NCBI GenBank assembly: GCA_937952895.1
Contig: CALFYC010000090.1
Coordinates: 1-51,625, forward strand
Direction: 5' to 3'
DNA: 51,625 nucleotides
Source of the DNA: an uncultured Neisseriaceae bacterium
GTDB taxonomy: Bacteria; Pseudomonadota; Gammaproteobacteria; Burkholderiales; UBA11063
Shown here: one piece after another, positions 41,911 through 51,625 of the stretch
Position numbering within the stretch: position 1 is the stretch's first letter
Layout: each line of letters begins with the position of its first letter
Made by a program: the position numbers and the translations under genes
The notes under the pieces: model-generated
Told to the model about the DNA's origin: nothing
Database searches by the model: none
The model's input: only the letters and a program-made list of their open reading frames with translations

Positions 41911-43905
41911 TTATTTAAACGAAAATCCAAATAGCCGTGTACCAAAACTTAATAGAATAATTATTCCAAGTATCATAAAAGTTGCATAGCTATTAACATA
42001 ACCACTTTGTACTCTTCTTAAAATTCTTGAATACCATTCAACAATTTTAGCCGAACCATTTACAATCAAACCATCAATTACAAACATATCCCCAATAATC
42101 CATAAGAATTTACCTAAAGATCTACCAATTGGAGTAAATATGTTTATATATAAATCATCCATAAAATATTTACGATCTAAAACCACATAAATTGGTTTAA
42201 TTGCTTTTACAAATTTATCGCTTAAATTAGGCTTTTTATGGAAAATAAACGCAACTAAAATTCCTAATAAGCCTAGATATACGGGAATTTCAGTAAAGCT
42301 ATGCTTAATCATTTCAAATGGTGTATCAATATTATTTTGGATATGCTCAATATACCAGGAGATATTGCTAACCCCATTATGTAAATAATTATTACTTACA
42401 AAACCATCTAATCCGACCCAACCAATAATTGCTGATGGAATTGCCATTAAAATTAATGGGATAGTTACTACCCATGGTGATTCTTTTGGTTCCACATGGT
42501 GGTGGTGACTATCATGATGATGGTCATCATGATGATGAGTGTTTCTAAATCTTTCTTTACCATGAAAGGTCATAAAAATTAATCTAAAACTATATAAGCC
42601 AGTTACAAATACTGATGCATATACAGTAAATACCGCAAAGGCTCCACCTGGCAAACCATTTTCATAAGCAAGTTTTGCTGATTCTAGAATCATATCTTTA
42701 GAAAAGAAACCTGCAAATGGTGGAATTCCAGCTAAAGCCAAGCTTCCAATTAACATAGTTATATAAGTGATTGGCATATATTTAGCCAATCCACCCATTT
42801 TCGTCATATCTTGTTCATGATGCATTGCTATAATTACTGAACCAGCTGATAGGAATAATAGACCTTTAAAGAATGCATGAGTCATTAAATGAAAAATTGC
42901 AATCGAATAAGACCCACAACCAAGAGCAACTGCCATATAGCCTAATTGAGACAATGTTGAATAAGCAACTACACGCTTAATATCATTTTGTATAACACCC
43001 AAAATTCCTAAGAAGAAGCAATTTAATCCTCCGGCAATAATAATGACAGTTAATGCAGTATGCGATAAGTTATACATTGGGGACAAACGTGCTACCATAA
43101 ATATCCCAGCTGTTACCATGGTTGCCGCATGAATTAATGCTGAAATTGGTGTTGGACCTTCCATTGAATCAGGTAACCATACATGTAATGGAAATTGTGC
43201 TGATTTTCCCATCGCACCAATAAATAATAAGATACAAATTGTCGTAATTGCATTCCAGTTAGTGCCAGGAATAGTTAAATGACTTAAATTAGGTAGCTGC
43301 ATAAAAACATCAGTATAATTCAAAGATCCACAATAAGCTAAAACTAAACCAATTCCAAGTAAAAAACCAAAATCACCCACACGATTTACTAAAAATGCTT
43401 TTAAGTTAGCAAAAATCGCTGATTGTCGTTTAAAATAAAACCCTATTAATAAATATGAAACTAAGCCAACACCTTCCCAACCAAAGAATAGTTGAATGAA
43501 GTTATTTGATAGTACTAAAACCAACATCATAAAAGTAAATAAGGAGATGTAGCTAAAAAATCTCTGGTATCCTTCTTCTTCTGACATATAACCGATTGTA
43601 TAAATATGCACCATTAACGATACACTGGTAACTACCACAAGCATTATTGAAGTTAAATTATCAACCAAGATTCCAATCGAAAACTTCTGGCTGAAAACTA
43701 CTAACCAAGTATAAAGGGGACCATTGTAATATAGGTTCTCTACCTGCACTTGATATAAGACTTTATAGGATAAAATTGTTGAGATTAATACGCCAATAAT
43801 GGCTAATGAATGGCTTGCACGTTTACCGATTGCAAAACCAAATAATCCTACAATAATTGATGAAATTAAGGGTGCTAAAATGATTGTTAAGTAAATACCT
43901 AGCAT
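41911..43905 (-). CDS. nuoL: NADH-quinone oxidoreductase subunit L
   Basis: GKSAQFPLHVWLPDSMEGPTPISALIHAATMV, YSTLSQLG, HAFFK. Confidence 0.97.
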   Translation of the reverse strand: MLGIYLTIILAPLISSIIVGLFGFAIGKRASHSLAIIGVLISTILSYKVLYQVQVENLYYNGPLYTWLVVFSQKFSIGILVDNLTSIMLVVVTSVSLMVHIYTIGYMSEEEGYQRFFSYISLFTFMMLVLVLSNNFIQLFFGWEGVGLVSYLLIGFYFKRQSAIFANLKAFLVNRVGDFGFLLGIGLVLAYCGSLNYTDVFMQLPNLSHLTIPGTNWNAITTICILLFIGAMGKSAQFPLHVWLPDSMEGPTPISALIHAATMVTAGIFMVARLSPMYNLSHTALTVIIIAGGLNCFFLGILGVIQNDIKRVVAYSTLSQLGYMAVALGCGSYSIAIFHLMTHAFFKGLLFLSAGSVIIAMHHEQDMTKMGGLAKYMPITYITMLIGSLALAGIPPFAGFFSKDMILESAKLAYENGLPGGAFAVFTVYASVFVTGLYSFRLIFMTFHGKERFRNTHHHDDHHHDSHHHHVEPKESPWVVTIPLILMAIPSAIIGWVGLDGFVSNNYLHNGVSNISWYIEHIQNNIDTPFEMIKHSFTEIPVYLGLLGILVAFIFHKKPNLSDKFVKAIKPIYVVLDRKYFMDDLYINIFTPIGRSLGKFLWIIGDMFVIDGLIVNGSAKIVEWYSRILRRVQSGYVNSYATFMILGIIILLSFGTRLFGFSFK

Positions 43906-43923
43906 ATTTTCTATTTCCTAAAA

Positions 43924-44229
43924 TTAACCTTGTAGTTTATCCATATCTTGAACATTTATTGAACGGATATTTCTAAATAATAAAATTAAAATCGCTAATC
44001 CGATAGACGCTTCTGCTGCAGCTACGGTTAAGGTAAAAAACACAAATATTTGACCTGCGATATTATGTAAAAAGCTTGAAAATGCAATAAAATTAAAATT
44101 AACTGATAATAGCATAAGTTCAATTGACATTAAAACTACAATAATATTTTTACGATTTAAAAATATTCCCATAATAGATATTGTAAATAAAACTGCTGAT
44201 AAAATTAAATAGTGGTGAATTCCAATCAT
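43924..44229 (-). CDS. nuoK: NADH-quinone oxidoreductase subunit K
   Basis: [14 protein letters not shown]; 101 aa. Confidence 0.96.
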   Translation of the reverse strand: MIGIHHYLILSAVLFTISIMGIFLNRKNIIVVLMSIELMLLSVNFNFIAFSSFLHNIAGQIFVFFTLTVAAAEASIGLAILILLFRNIRSINVQDMDKLQG

Positions 44230-44852
44230 TCTGCTATCTCCTTTTCATCAAGCTTAAATTCTACTTCAGGCTTCATTCTAATCATTTCAACTCGCCCAAT
44301 ATGAGTAACTGCAATTTGCTTACTAATATTTTGATACTTAGCATTTTTATTAGTTTTTCTAAGAGTGAGCGCAACTGCTATAACCAAACCAACTAATAGG
44401 ATAATTGAAGCAAGTTCAACCGGATAAGAATATTCAGTATATAAAACAAAACCTAGTTGATTTGAATTACTTACTGATGAATTAGCTAATTCAGGAGCAC
44501 TCATAATAACTAATGGTTTGGTAACTAAAACCGCAATCATTTCAACTACGATAATTAAGCCAATAATTGCAGCTAAAGGCAAGTTACGCCAAAACCCTTT
44601 ACGCATAGCTTCGACATCAATATCTAACATCATAACTACGAATAAGAATAACACCATTACCGCACCAACATATACCACAATGAGCGTTAATGCTAAAAAT
44701 TCCACATTAAGCATAATCCATAGAGCACTTGAAGTTACAAAAGATAAGACTAAATAAAGCACCGCATGAACTGGATTTTTAGCTGTAATGACCCGTATAG
44801 CAGAAATTACTAAAATCGCAGCAAATAAATAAAAAAACACACTAGTTAGCAT
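44226..44852 (-). CDS. nuoJ: NADH-quinone oxidoreductase subunit J
   Basis: [24 protein letters not shown]; 4-nt overlap with nuoK. Confidence 0.96.
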   Translation of the reverse strand: MLTSVFFYLFAAILVISAIRVITAKNPVHAVLYLVLSFVTSSALWIMLNVEFLALTLIVVYVGAVMVLFLFVVMMLDIDVEAMRKGFWRNLPLAAIIGLIIVVEMIAVLVTKPLVIMSAPELANSSVSNSNQLGFVLYTEYSYPVELASIILLVGLVIAVALTLRKTNKNAKYQNISKQIAVTHIGRVEMIRMKPEVEFKLDEKEIAE

Positions 44853-44863
44853 TACATCTCCAA

Positions 44864-45346
44864 TTATCTATATTTATGATCCATTGCTCGATTTTTTGCA
44901 ATGATAGGTTCATATTTATCACCAATGGCTAACAACATTTCTTTAGTATAATGTAAATCTCCACGTTTTTCACCATGATATTCATGAATATCTGTTTCAA
45001 CAATCGCATCAACTGGACAGGCTTCTTCACAAAAACCACAAAAAATACACTTTACTAAATCTATATCATAGCGAGTTGTTCTTCTTGTTCCATCGTCACG
45101 TTCATGCACATCAATTGTAATTGCAAGAGCTGGGCATACTGCCTCACACAATTTACAACCAATGCAGCGTTCTTCGCCATTTGGATAGCGGCGTAATGCA
45201 TGAAGAGCACGAAAACGAGGTGATAATGGAGTTTTTTCTTCTGGGTATTGAATTGTAACTTTAGGTGTTAACATAGCTCTCCAGGTAACTCGTAAACCTT
45301 GAAGTAACTCTAACAGAAAAAACGTTTTAAAAAATTTCTTAATCAT
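44864..45346 (-). CDS. nuoI: NADH-quinone oxidoreductase subunit I
   Basis: Two 4Fe-4S motifs, [12 protein letters not shown] and [12 protein letters not shown]. Confidence 0.97.
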   Translation of the reverse strand: MIKKFFKTFFLLELLQGLRVTWRAMLTPKVTIQYPEEKTPLSPRFRALHALRRYPNGEERCIGCKLCEAVCPALAITIDVHERDDGTRRTTRYDIDLVKCIFCGFCEEACPVDAIVETDIHEYHGEKRGDLHYTKEMLLAIGDKYEPIIAKNRAMDHKYR

Positions 45347-45393
45347 TTAACCATTTCCATAGATGAAATTAATTTTTTTAAATAACCTACTTA

Positions 45394-46440
45394 TTATTTC
45401 CAAATGTTAAGTGGGGATACCATCCAAGCACCCATCACAAAAATCCATACGAGTGTAACGGGTAGAAACACTTTCCAGCCTAATCGCATAATTTGGTCAT
45501 AACGATAACGTGGGAATGTCGCACGATACCATATAAAACCAAATAAGATAATACAAACTTTGATTAATAACCAACCAAAACCCGAAGCGCCAATAAAACC
45601 CCATGAAACTGGGAATGGCGATAGCCATCCACCTAAAAACATTATTGAAGCCATTATTGATATAGTAACCATATTTACATATTCCGATAACATGAATAAG
45701 GCAAATTGGGTTCCTGAATATTCAACAAAAAATCCTGCTACAATTTCTGATTCGCCCTCACACACATCAAATGGTGCACGATTCGTTTCTGCAACTCCAG
45801 AAATTAAATAAACTAAAAATAATGGGAATAATGGAATGAAATTCCATGAAAATAAGCTACCTGCCAACATTCCATGAGCTTGTTGATTAACGATATCAAC
45901 CAAATTTAAGCTACCCGAAACCATTAAAACTCCTACTAGGGAAAAACCCATAGCTAGTTCATAGGAAATCATCTGAGCTGAAGCTCTAACTCCACCTAGA
46001 AATGAATATTTTGAATTACCTGACCACCCAGCTAGCACAATTCCATAAACACCAAGTGACGATACTGCAATTACATATAAAAGTGATGCATTAACATGAG
46101 CAAAAGCAAATTCTGGCGAAAATGGAATTACAGCCCAAACTAGAAAGGCACAAATTAATACAATAAGTGGTGATAAAGAAAATGCTGCACTACTTGCTTT
46201 ATGTGGGGTTAATAATTCTTTAAATACAAACTTAAGTAGATCAGCAAATGGTTGTAATAGACCATAAGGTCCTACTCGATTTGCACCAAGTCGTGCATGC
46301 ATAAACCCTAAAATTCTACGTTCAGCAAAAGTTAAATAAGCTACAAATAAAGTCAATGGGACTACGATTATAATAGCAACAACAAAATACCAAATAAAGT
46401 AACCCAAATTGTTTCCAAGTAAATTCTGTAAAGTTTCCAT
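45394..46440 (-). CDS. nuoH: NADH-quinone oxidoreductase subunit H
   Basis: [30 protein letters not shown]. Confidence 0.97.
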   Translation of the reverse strand: METLQNLLGNNLGYFIWYFVVAIIIVVPLTLFVAYLTFAERRILGFMHARLGANRVGPYGLLQPFADLLKFVFKELLTPHKASSAAFSLSPLIVLICAFLVWAVIPFSPEFAFAHVNASLLYVIAVSSLGVYGIVLAGWSGNSKYSFLGGVRASAQMISYELAMGFSLVGVLMVSGSLNLVDIVNQQAHGMLAGSLFSWNFIPLFPLFLVYLISGVAETNRAPFDVCEGESEIVAGFFVEYSGTQFALFMLSEYVNMVTISIMASIMFLGGWLSPFPVSWGFIGASGFGWLLIKVCIILFGFIWYRATFPRYRYDQIMRLGWKVFLPVTLVWIFVMGAWMVSPLNIWK

Positions 46441-46465
46441 AAATTTATACCAATAAAATTACTTT

Positions 46466-48814
46466 TTATGCACTAATTGTAATTGAAGCAAAACGCCCAG
46501 CAAATCCGCAAGTACTTTGATTTGCTGCTAATAAAACCACAGTTTCAGGAATAGTATTATAGATTGATACCGTAAATCTGCCAGATTTTCCATCTTGCTC
46601 AATATTAACCGTAGATTTATCTTTTACTCCCAATTTATTTGCTAATACTGGATTTAATGATAAAGTTGGTAATTGAGCAAATGAAGTTTGTTGTAAACTA
46701 GGCGAACGTCTTACAATACTGTCTAAACTATAAATTCCTTGAATTCCAAGTCTAACCAAACCATCTAATTTTGGCTTAGCTAATTTTAATTTTAAACCAG
46801 AATTCAAACTATTATTCAATAATCCCTCTGGATTTGATAAAGCAGACATTTCCAATCTAACATCTTCAATTGTAGTGTAACCAAATTGAACTAAATTCAA
46901 TTGATTAGCTAAAACTCTTAATACTTTCCAACCTGGTCGTGCATTTCCTAATGGTCTTGTAACACCATTAAATTTTTGCCATTTACCTTCCATATTAACA
47001 AATGATCCCGCAGTCTCTGTATATGGAGTAATTGGTAGTATCACATCAGCATACTGCTCCATTTCAGAATTCTTATATGCACTCATTACAATTACCGAAT
47101 CTGCTTCTTTAAGTGCGTTTAAGGCTAATTTTGAATCATATGAATCATGTTCAAGCTCAGTATTAAATAACACATATGCTTTTCTTGGTTTTTCAAGCAT
47201 TTGTTTAGCATTCATTCCCATTTGTGGTGTTTTTTGATTAAAAGCATCAACATATGGTAAAAACCCAACTAAAGCTGCACCAACTTCATTAGCACGCCCA
47301 GCTAATATACCAAATTTACCTTGAATATTTTTAGCTAATTCTTGGGTTAAAACCACTAATTCTGAATAATTAGGTAATGATTTAGCCATTTCTCCTAATA
47401 CGATATGGCCATTATGTTTTTTTAAACTTTCAGCAATCGATTTTGCAACTTCTGAAACTTCAATATCCGATAGGTCAATTTCTGAATTATTTGTTTGAGT
47501 AGCTTTAACAATTTGAGCTAATATAGAAGCTATTTCACGTGGATCAGCTAGCACTTGGTTTGTTACGGGACATAATAAATCTTCATTTAATACATTAATA
47601 ACATTTAATTCAGTGCCTTTTTTAACTGCCTGACGGATTTTATAGGCAAGTAATGGTTGCTCTTCTCTTAATACGCTACCAATTACTAAAATTGATTTAT
47701 TTGCTGTAAACTCAGCTAAACCGGCACCTAAAAAATTGGCTCCGGATTGTTTAGTATCTAAATTAAAATCAGTTTGGGTTAAACGATAATCTAAATTATA
47801 AACCTCAATACCACGCATTAATTTTTGTAATAAATAAAGCTCTTCAGTAGTAGATGAGCTACTCGCCAAAACGCCAATTTGATCAGCACCATTTTCAGCT
47901 TTAGCCATATTAAGGCTTTTTGCAACATAGGCTAAAGCAGTCTCCCAATCTACATTAATCCATTTTCCATCTTGCTTAATCATAGGTTCGGTAACGCGTT
48001 CTTGGCTATATAACCCTTCATAACTAAAACGATCACGATCTGAAATCCAACACTCATTTATTGCTTCATTTTCAAGAGGTAAAACTCGCACTACTTTATG
48101 ATATTTATCAGTTTGAGCAATAATATGAGTCCCTAATCCATCATGTGCTGCAATTGATTTTCTTCGAGATAATTCCCAAGGTCTAGCACTATTTCTAAAC
48201 GGCTTTGACGTTAATGCTCCAACCGGACATAAATCAATAATATTTCCTGAAATTTCACTATCAACAGTTTTACCAATAAATGGCATTACTTCAACATGAT
48301 TATTGCGATAACTCATACCTAATTCTTGCATACCTGCAATTTCATCAGTAAACCTTACACATCTTGAACAATGTATACATCTAGTCATCTCAGTTGCAAC
48401 CAATGAACCCAAATCTTTATTAGTAACCGCACGCTTTTCTTCGGTAAATCTCGACGCTGAACGACCATAGCCAACAGCTAGATCTTGTAATTGACATTCA
48501 CCTCCTTGATCACAAATAGGACAATCAAGTGGATGGTTAATTAATAAAAATTCCATAACCCCATGCTGTGCTTCAAGCGCAGTTTTTGAGCAAGTATGGA
48601 CTTTCATACCCTCCGAAATTGGTGTAGCACATGCCGGCAATGGTTTATTTGATTTCTCAACTTCAACTAAACACATTCTACAGTTAGCAGCAATTGAAAG
48701 TTTTTTGTGATAACAAAAATGGGGAATATATTTACCCTCTTTAATTGCCACTTCTAAAATTGTGGAACCTGGTTCAGCACTAACACTTTTACCATCCAAC
48801 TCAAGTTCAATCAT
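46466..48814 (-). CDS. nuoG: NADH-quinone oxidoreductase subunit G
   Basis: PHFCYH...CRMC, HPLDCPICDQGGECQLQ, CIHCSRC, CPVGAL. Confidence 0.97.
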   Translation of the reverse strand: MIELELDGKSVSAEPGSTILEVAIKEGKYIPHFCYHKKLSIAANCRMCLVEVEKSNKPLPACATPISEGMKVHTCSKTALEAQHGVMEFLLINHPLDCPICDQGGECQLQDLAVGYGRSASRFTEEKRAVTNKDLGSLVATEMTRCIHCSRCVRFTDEIAGMQELGMSYRNNHVEVMPFIGKTVDSEISGNIIDLCPVGALTSKPFRNSARPWELSRRKSIAAHDGLGTHIIAQTDKYHKVVRVLPLENEAINECWISDRDRFSYEGLYSQERVTEPMIKQDGKWINVDWETALAYVAKSLNMAKAENGADQIGVLASSSSTTEELYLLQKLMRGIEVYNLDYRLTQTDFNLDTKQSGANFLGAGLAEFTANKSILVIGSVLREEQPLLAYKIRQAVKKGTELNVINVLNEDLLCPVTNQVLADPREIASILAQIVKATQTNNSEIDLSDIEVSEVAKSIAESLKKHNGHIVLGEMAKSLPNYSELVVLTQELAKNIQGKFGILAGRANEVGAALVGFLPYVDAFNQKTPQMGMNAKQMLEKPRKAYVLFNTELEHDSYDSKLALNALKEADSVIVMSAYKNSEMEQYADVILPITPYTETAGSFVNMEGKWQKFNGVTRPLGNARPGWKVLRVLANQLNLVQFGYTTIEDVRLEMSALSNPEGLLNNSLNSGLKLKLAKPKLDGLVRLGIQGIYSLDSIVRRSPSLQQTSFAQLPTLSLNPVLANKLGVKDKSTVNIEQDGKSGRFTVSIYNTIPETVVLLAANQSTCGFAGRFASITISA

Positions 48815-48862
48815 AACTTATCCTATTGATAATAATATATAATTTTAATTATGCTTTATTCA

Positions 48863-50158
48863 TTAAAGCCAATTGTGGTTTACCATACACTTTTTATGTT
48901 GAATATGGTATTCAAATTCATTTCTGAAATGTTTAGTAAAACTTCTAACTGGAAATACAGCCGCATCAGCTAATGCACAAATCGTTCTACCTGCCATCTG
49001 ATTGCCAATACTATCTAGCAAATCTAAATCTTCATGTTTTCCGTGCCCATGTTCAATTCTATGAATGATTTCATATAACCAACCAGTTCCTTCACGGCAT
49101 GGTGTGCATTGTCCACACGATTCTTCATGGTAGAAAAACGCTAATCTTTCAAGTGCTTTTACCATACATACATCTTCACCCATTACAATAACAGCACCAG
49201 AACCTAACATTGATCCAGCTTTAGCTATTGAATCATAATCCATAGTACACTGCATCATAATATCCCCAGGTAATACTGGAGCTGAAGATCCGCCAGGGAT
49301 TACTGCTTTCATTTTGCGCCCATCCCGCATTCCACCAGCCATTTTTAATAATTCAGAAAAAGGCGTACCTAATGGAATTTCATAATTACCGGGACGATTT
49401 ACATGACCTGAAATTGAAAATAGCTTAGTTCCACCGTTATTTGGAATTCCTTTATCTTGGAATATTTGACCACCATCACGGATAATAAATGGAATTGCAG
49501 CCAATGATTCAGTATTATTAATTGTTGTTGGCTGCCCATAAAGCCCAAAACTTGCAGGAAAAGGTGGCTTAAAGCGTGGCTGCCCCTTTTTGCCTTCTAA
49601 TGAATCTAACAGTGCGGTCTCTTCACCACAAATATAAGCACCATAACCATGATGTGCATGTAATTCAAATGAAAAATTGGTTCCTAAAATATTATTACCA
49701 AGATATCCAGCTCTACGAGCTTCATTTAGTGCCTCTTCAAAACGCTCATATACCTCATAGATTTCACCATGAATATAATTATAACCAACTGAAGCACCAA
49801 TCGCATAACCTGCAATAATCATTCCCTCAATTAAAGAATGTGGATTAAATTCCATTATATCTTTATCTTTAAAAGTGCCAGGCTCTCCTTCATCGCTATT
49901 ACATACGATATACTTTTGCCCATCCAAAGCTCGTGGCATAAAACTCCACTTTAAGCCGGTTGGGAATCCTGCACCACCACGACCACGTAAACCTGATTGC
50001 TTTACTTCAGCAATTACTTGGTCTTGAGCTATATTATCATTTAATATTTTCTTTAATGCTTGATAACCACCGCGTTTTACATAACTATCTAAAGTCCAAC
50101 AGTCTTTATCAGCTGTATCAAAATCTGCAAAAATAACACCTTTTTGATAGATAGCCAT
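48863..50158 (-). CDS. nuoF: NADH-quinone oxidoreductase subunit F
   Basis: [41 protein letters not shown]. Confidence 0.97.
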   Translation of the reverse strand: MAIYQKGVIFADFDTADKDCWTLDSYVKRGGYQALKKILNDNIAQDQVIAEVKQSGLRGRGGAGFPTGLKWSFMPRALDGQKYIVCNSDEGEPGTFKDKDIMEFNPHSLIEGMIIAGYAIGASVGYNYIHGEIYEVYERFEEALNEARRAGYLGNNILGTNFSFELHAHHGYGAYICGEETALLDSLEGKKGQPRFKPPFPASFGLYGQPTTINNTESLAAIPFIIRDGGQIFQDKGIPNNGGTKLFSISGHVNRPGNYEIPLGTPFSELLKMAGGMRDGRKMKAVIPGGSSAPVLPGDIMMQCTMDYDSIAKAGSMLGSGAVIVMGEDVCMVKALERLAFFYHEESCGQCTPCREGTGWLYEIIHRIEHGHGKHEDLDLLDSIGNQMAGRTICALADAAVFPVRSFTKHFRNEFEYHIQHKKCMVNHNWL

Positions 50159-50631
50159 TACTGTAACTCCGCTAATTTTTTATCTATAGTAGCTGGATCC
50201 ATAAAGCTACACATTTTATGATTATTAACTAAAATAACCGGTGCATCACCACAAGCACCCATACATTCACCTTGAGTTAAAGTATATTTACCATCTTTAG
50301 TAGTTTCACCTAATTCAACACCTAACTTAGCTTTCAAATATTCTAAGGCATTTACCCCACCAGATAAGGCACAAGGCAAATTAGTGCATACTGTTAATTT
50401 ATATTTTCCAACTGGTTTTAAATTATACATACTGTAAAAAGTTGCAACTTCCAAAGCTTGCACTGGTGGAATTTTTAAATAATTGGCTATATATTCAATT
50501 AATTCATTAGATAACCAGCCATGCTCAACTTGAGCAATACGTAATGCAGACATCACAGCACTACGGCGTTGATTATCTGGATACTTAGTTAACTCTTGAT
50601 CGATTTTTTTTAATGCATCTTGTGATAACAT
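50158..50631 (-). CDS. nuoE: NADH-quinone oxidoreductase subunit E
   Basis: [24 protein letters not shown] 2Fe-2S ligands. Confidence 0.97.
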   Translation of the reverse strand: MLSQDALKKIDQELTKYPDNQRRSAVMSALRIAQVEHGWLSNELIEYIANYLKIPPVQALEVATFYSMYNLKPVGKYKLTVCTNLPCALSGGVNALEYLKAKLGVELGETTKDGKYTLTQGECMGACGDAPVILVNNHKMCSFMDPATIDKKLAELQ

Positions 50632-50681
50632 AATTATTAATTCCGTTATTTATTAATTAGTTTAAATTAGTAATTAAAATT

Positions 50682-51607
50682 TTAGCGATCTACTTCACCA
50701 AATACTATATCTTGAGTTCCTATGATTGCAACAACATCGGCGATCATATGACCACGACTCATTTCATCTAATGCTGCAATATGCGCAAAACCAGGAGCCT
50801 TAATTTTTAAGCGATAAGGTTTATTTCCGCCATCAGATACCAAATAAATTCCAAATTCACCTTTTGGATGTTCAACTGCTTGATAAACTTCTCCAGCCGG
50901 GACAAACATTCCTTCTGTAAATAATTTGAAATGATGAATTAATTCTTCCATACCATATTTCATTTTTTCACGATGAGGTGGTGCAACTTTATGATCAGAC
51001 GTGATCACCGGTCCAGGGTTTGCGCTTAACCATTTAATACATTGTTTAATAATTTTGTTTGATTCGCGCATTTCAGCCATACGCACCAGATAACGGTCAT
51101 AACAATCACCATTTTTACCAACCGGAATATCAAAATCTAATTCTGAATATACTTCATATGGTTGCTTTCTACGTAAATCCCAAGCAATTCCAGAACCTCG
51201 AAGCATCGGACCTGAAAATCCTAAATTCAATGCACGTTCTGGACTAACCACACCAATCCCAACCGTTCTTTGTTTCCAAATACGATTATCTGTAAGTAAT
51301 GTATGATAATCATCCATACATTTATCGAAACGATTAGTAAAATCTTCAATAAAATCTAATAGACTACCTTGACGATTAGCATTGATTTTATCAAGTTGTT
51401 TTTTTGTTTTAATTTTTGACTGGGTGTATTGTGGCATCGTATTTGGTAAGTCACGATAAACTCCGCCAGGTCTAAAATAAGCTGCATGCATACGTGCTCC
51501 AGATACAGCTTCATAACAATCTAACAAATCTTCGCGCTCACGAAAAGTATATAAAAATACAGCCATAGCCCCAATATCTAGCGCATGGGCACCAACCCAC
51601 AATAAAT
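50682..51607 (-). CDS. nuoD: NADH-quinone oxidoreductase subunit D, 5'-truncated by the contig end
   Basis: [42 protein letters not shown]. The frame stays open to the adapter junction; the TTG at 51602 is not the true start. Confidence 0.96.
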
Positions 51608-51625
51608 AGATCGGAAGAGCACACG
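51608..51625 (+). other. Illumina TruSeq adapter contamination
   Basis: AGATCGGAAGAGCACACG is an exact match to the start of the TruSeq adapter. Confidence 0.97.

Noticed and set aside
42490-42545. His-rich tract in NuoL (HHHDDHHHDSHHHH)
   Set aside because: His-rich loops at this position are common in proteobacterial NuoL.

Overview
AT-rich bacterial contig. Its NuoD-N, SMC and tRNA sequences look betaproteobacterial, probably Neisseriales (inference from sequence style, e.g. NuoF starting [10 protein letters not shown]). Housekeeping content: an MFS transporter, smc, a kbl-tdh-flavoprotein-ClC gene run, a Met/Thr/Phe tRNA operon, adaA-alkA plus ogt alkylation repair, and nuoD(partial)-N. 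Accessory content: a decayed Rpn/YhgA gene, beta-propeller lipoproteins, a secreted clan-CD (C13-like) protease, a lipase and three paralogous small secreted 4-Cys proteins. The strongest novelty candidate is an apparent three-gene operon (13704-26082, minus strand). It holds a self-contained NRPS-PKS (starter C-A[Gly]-T-KS-AT-KR-ACP-TE) followed by two paralogous soluble PAS histidine kinase-receiver proteins, which suggests a small-molecule signal synthase with its own sensors. The last 18 nt are Illumina adapter.
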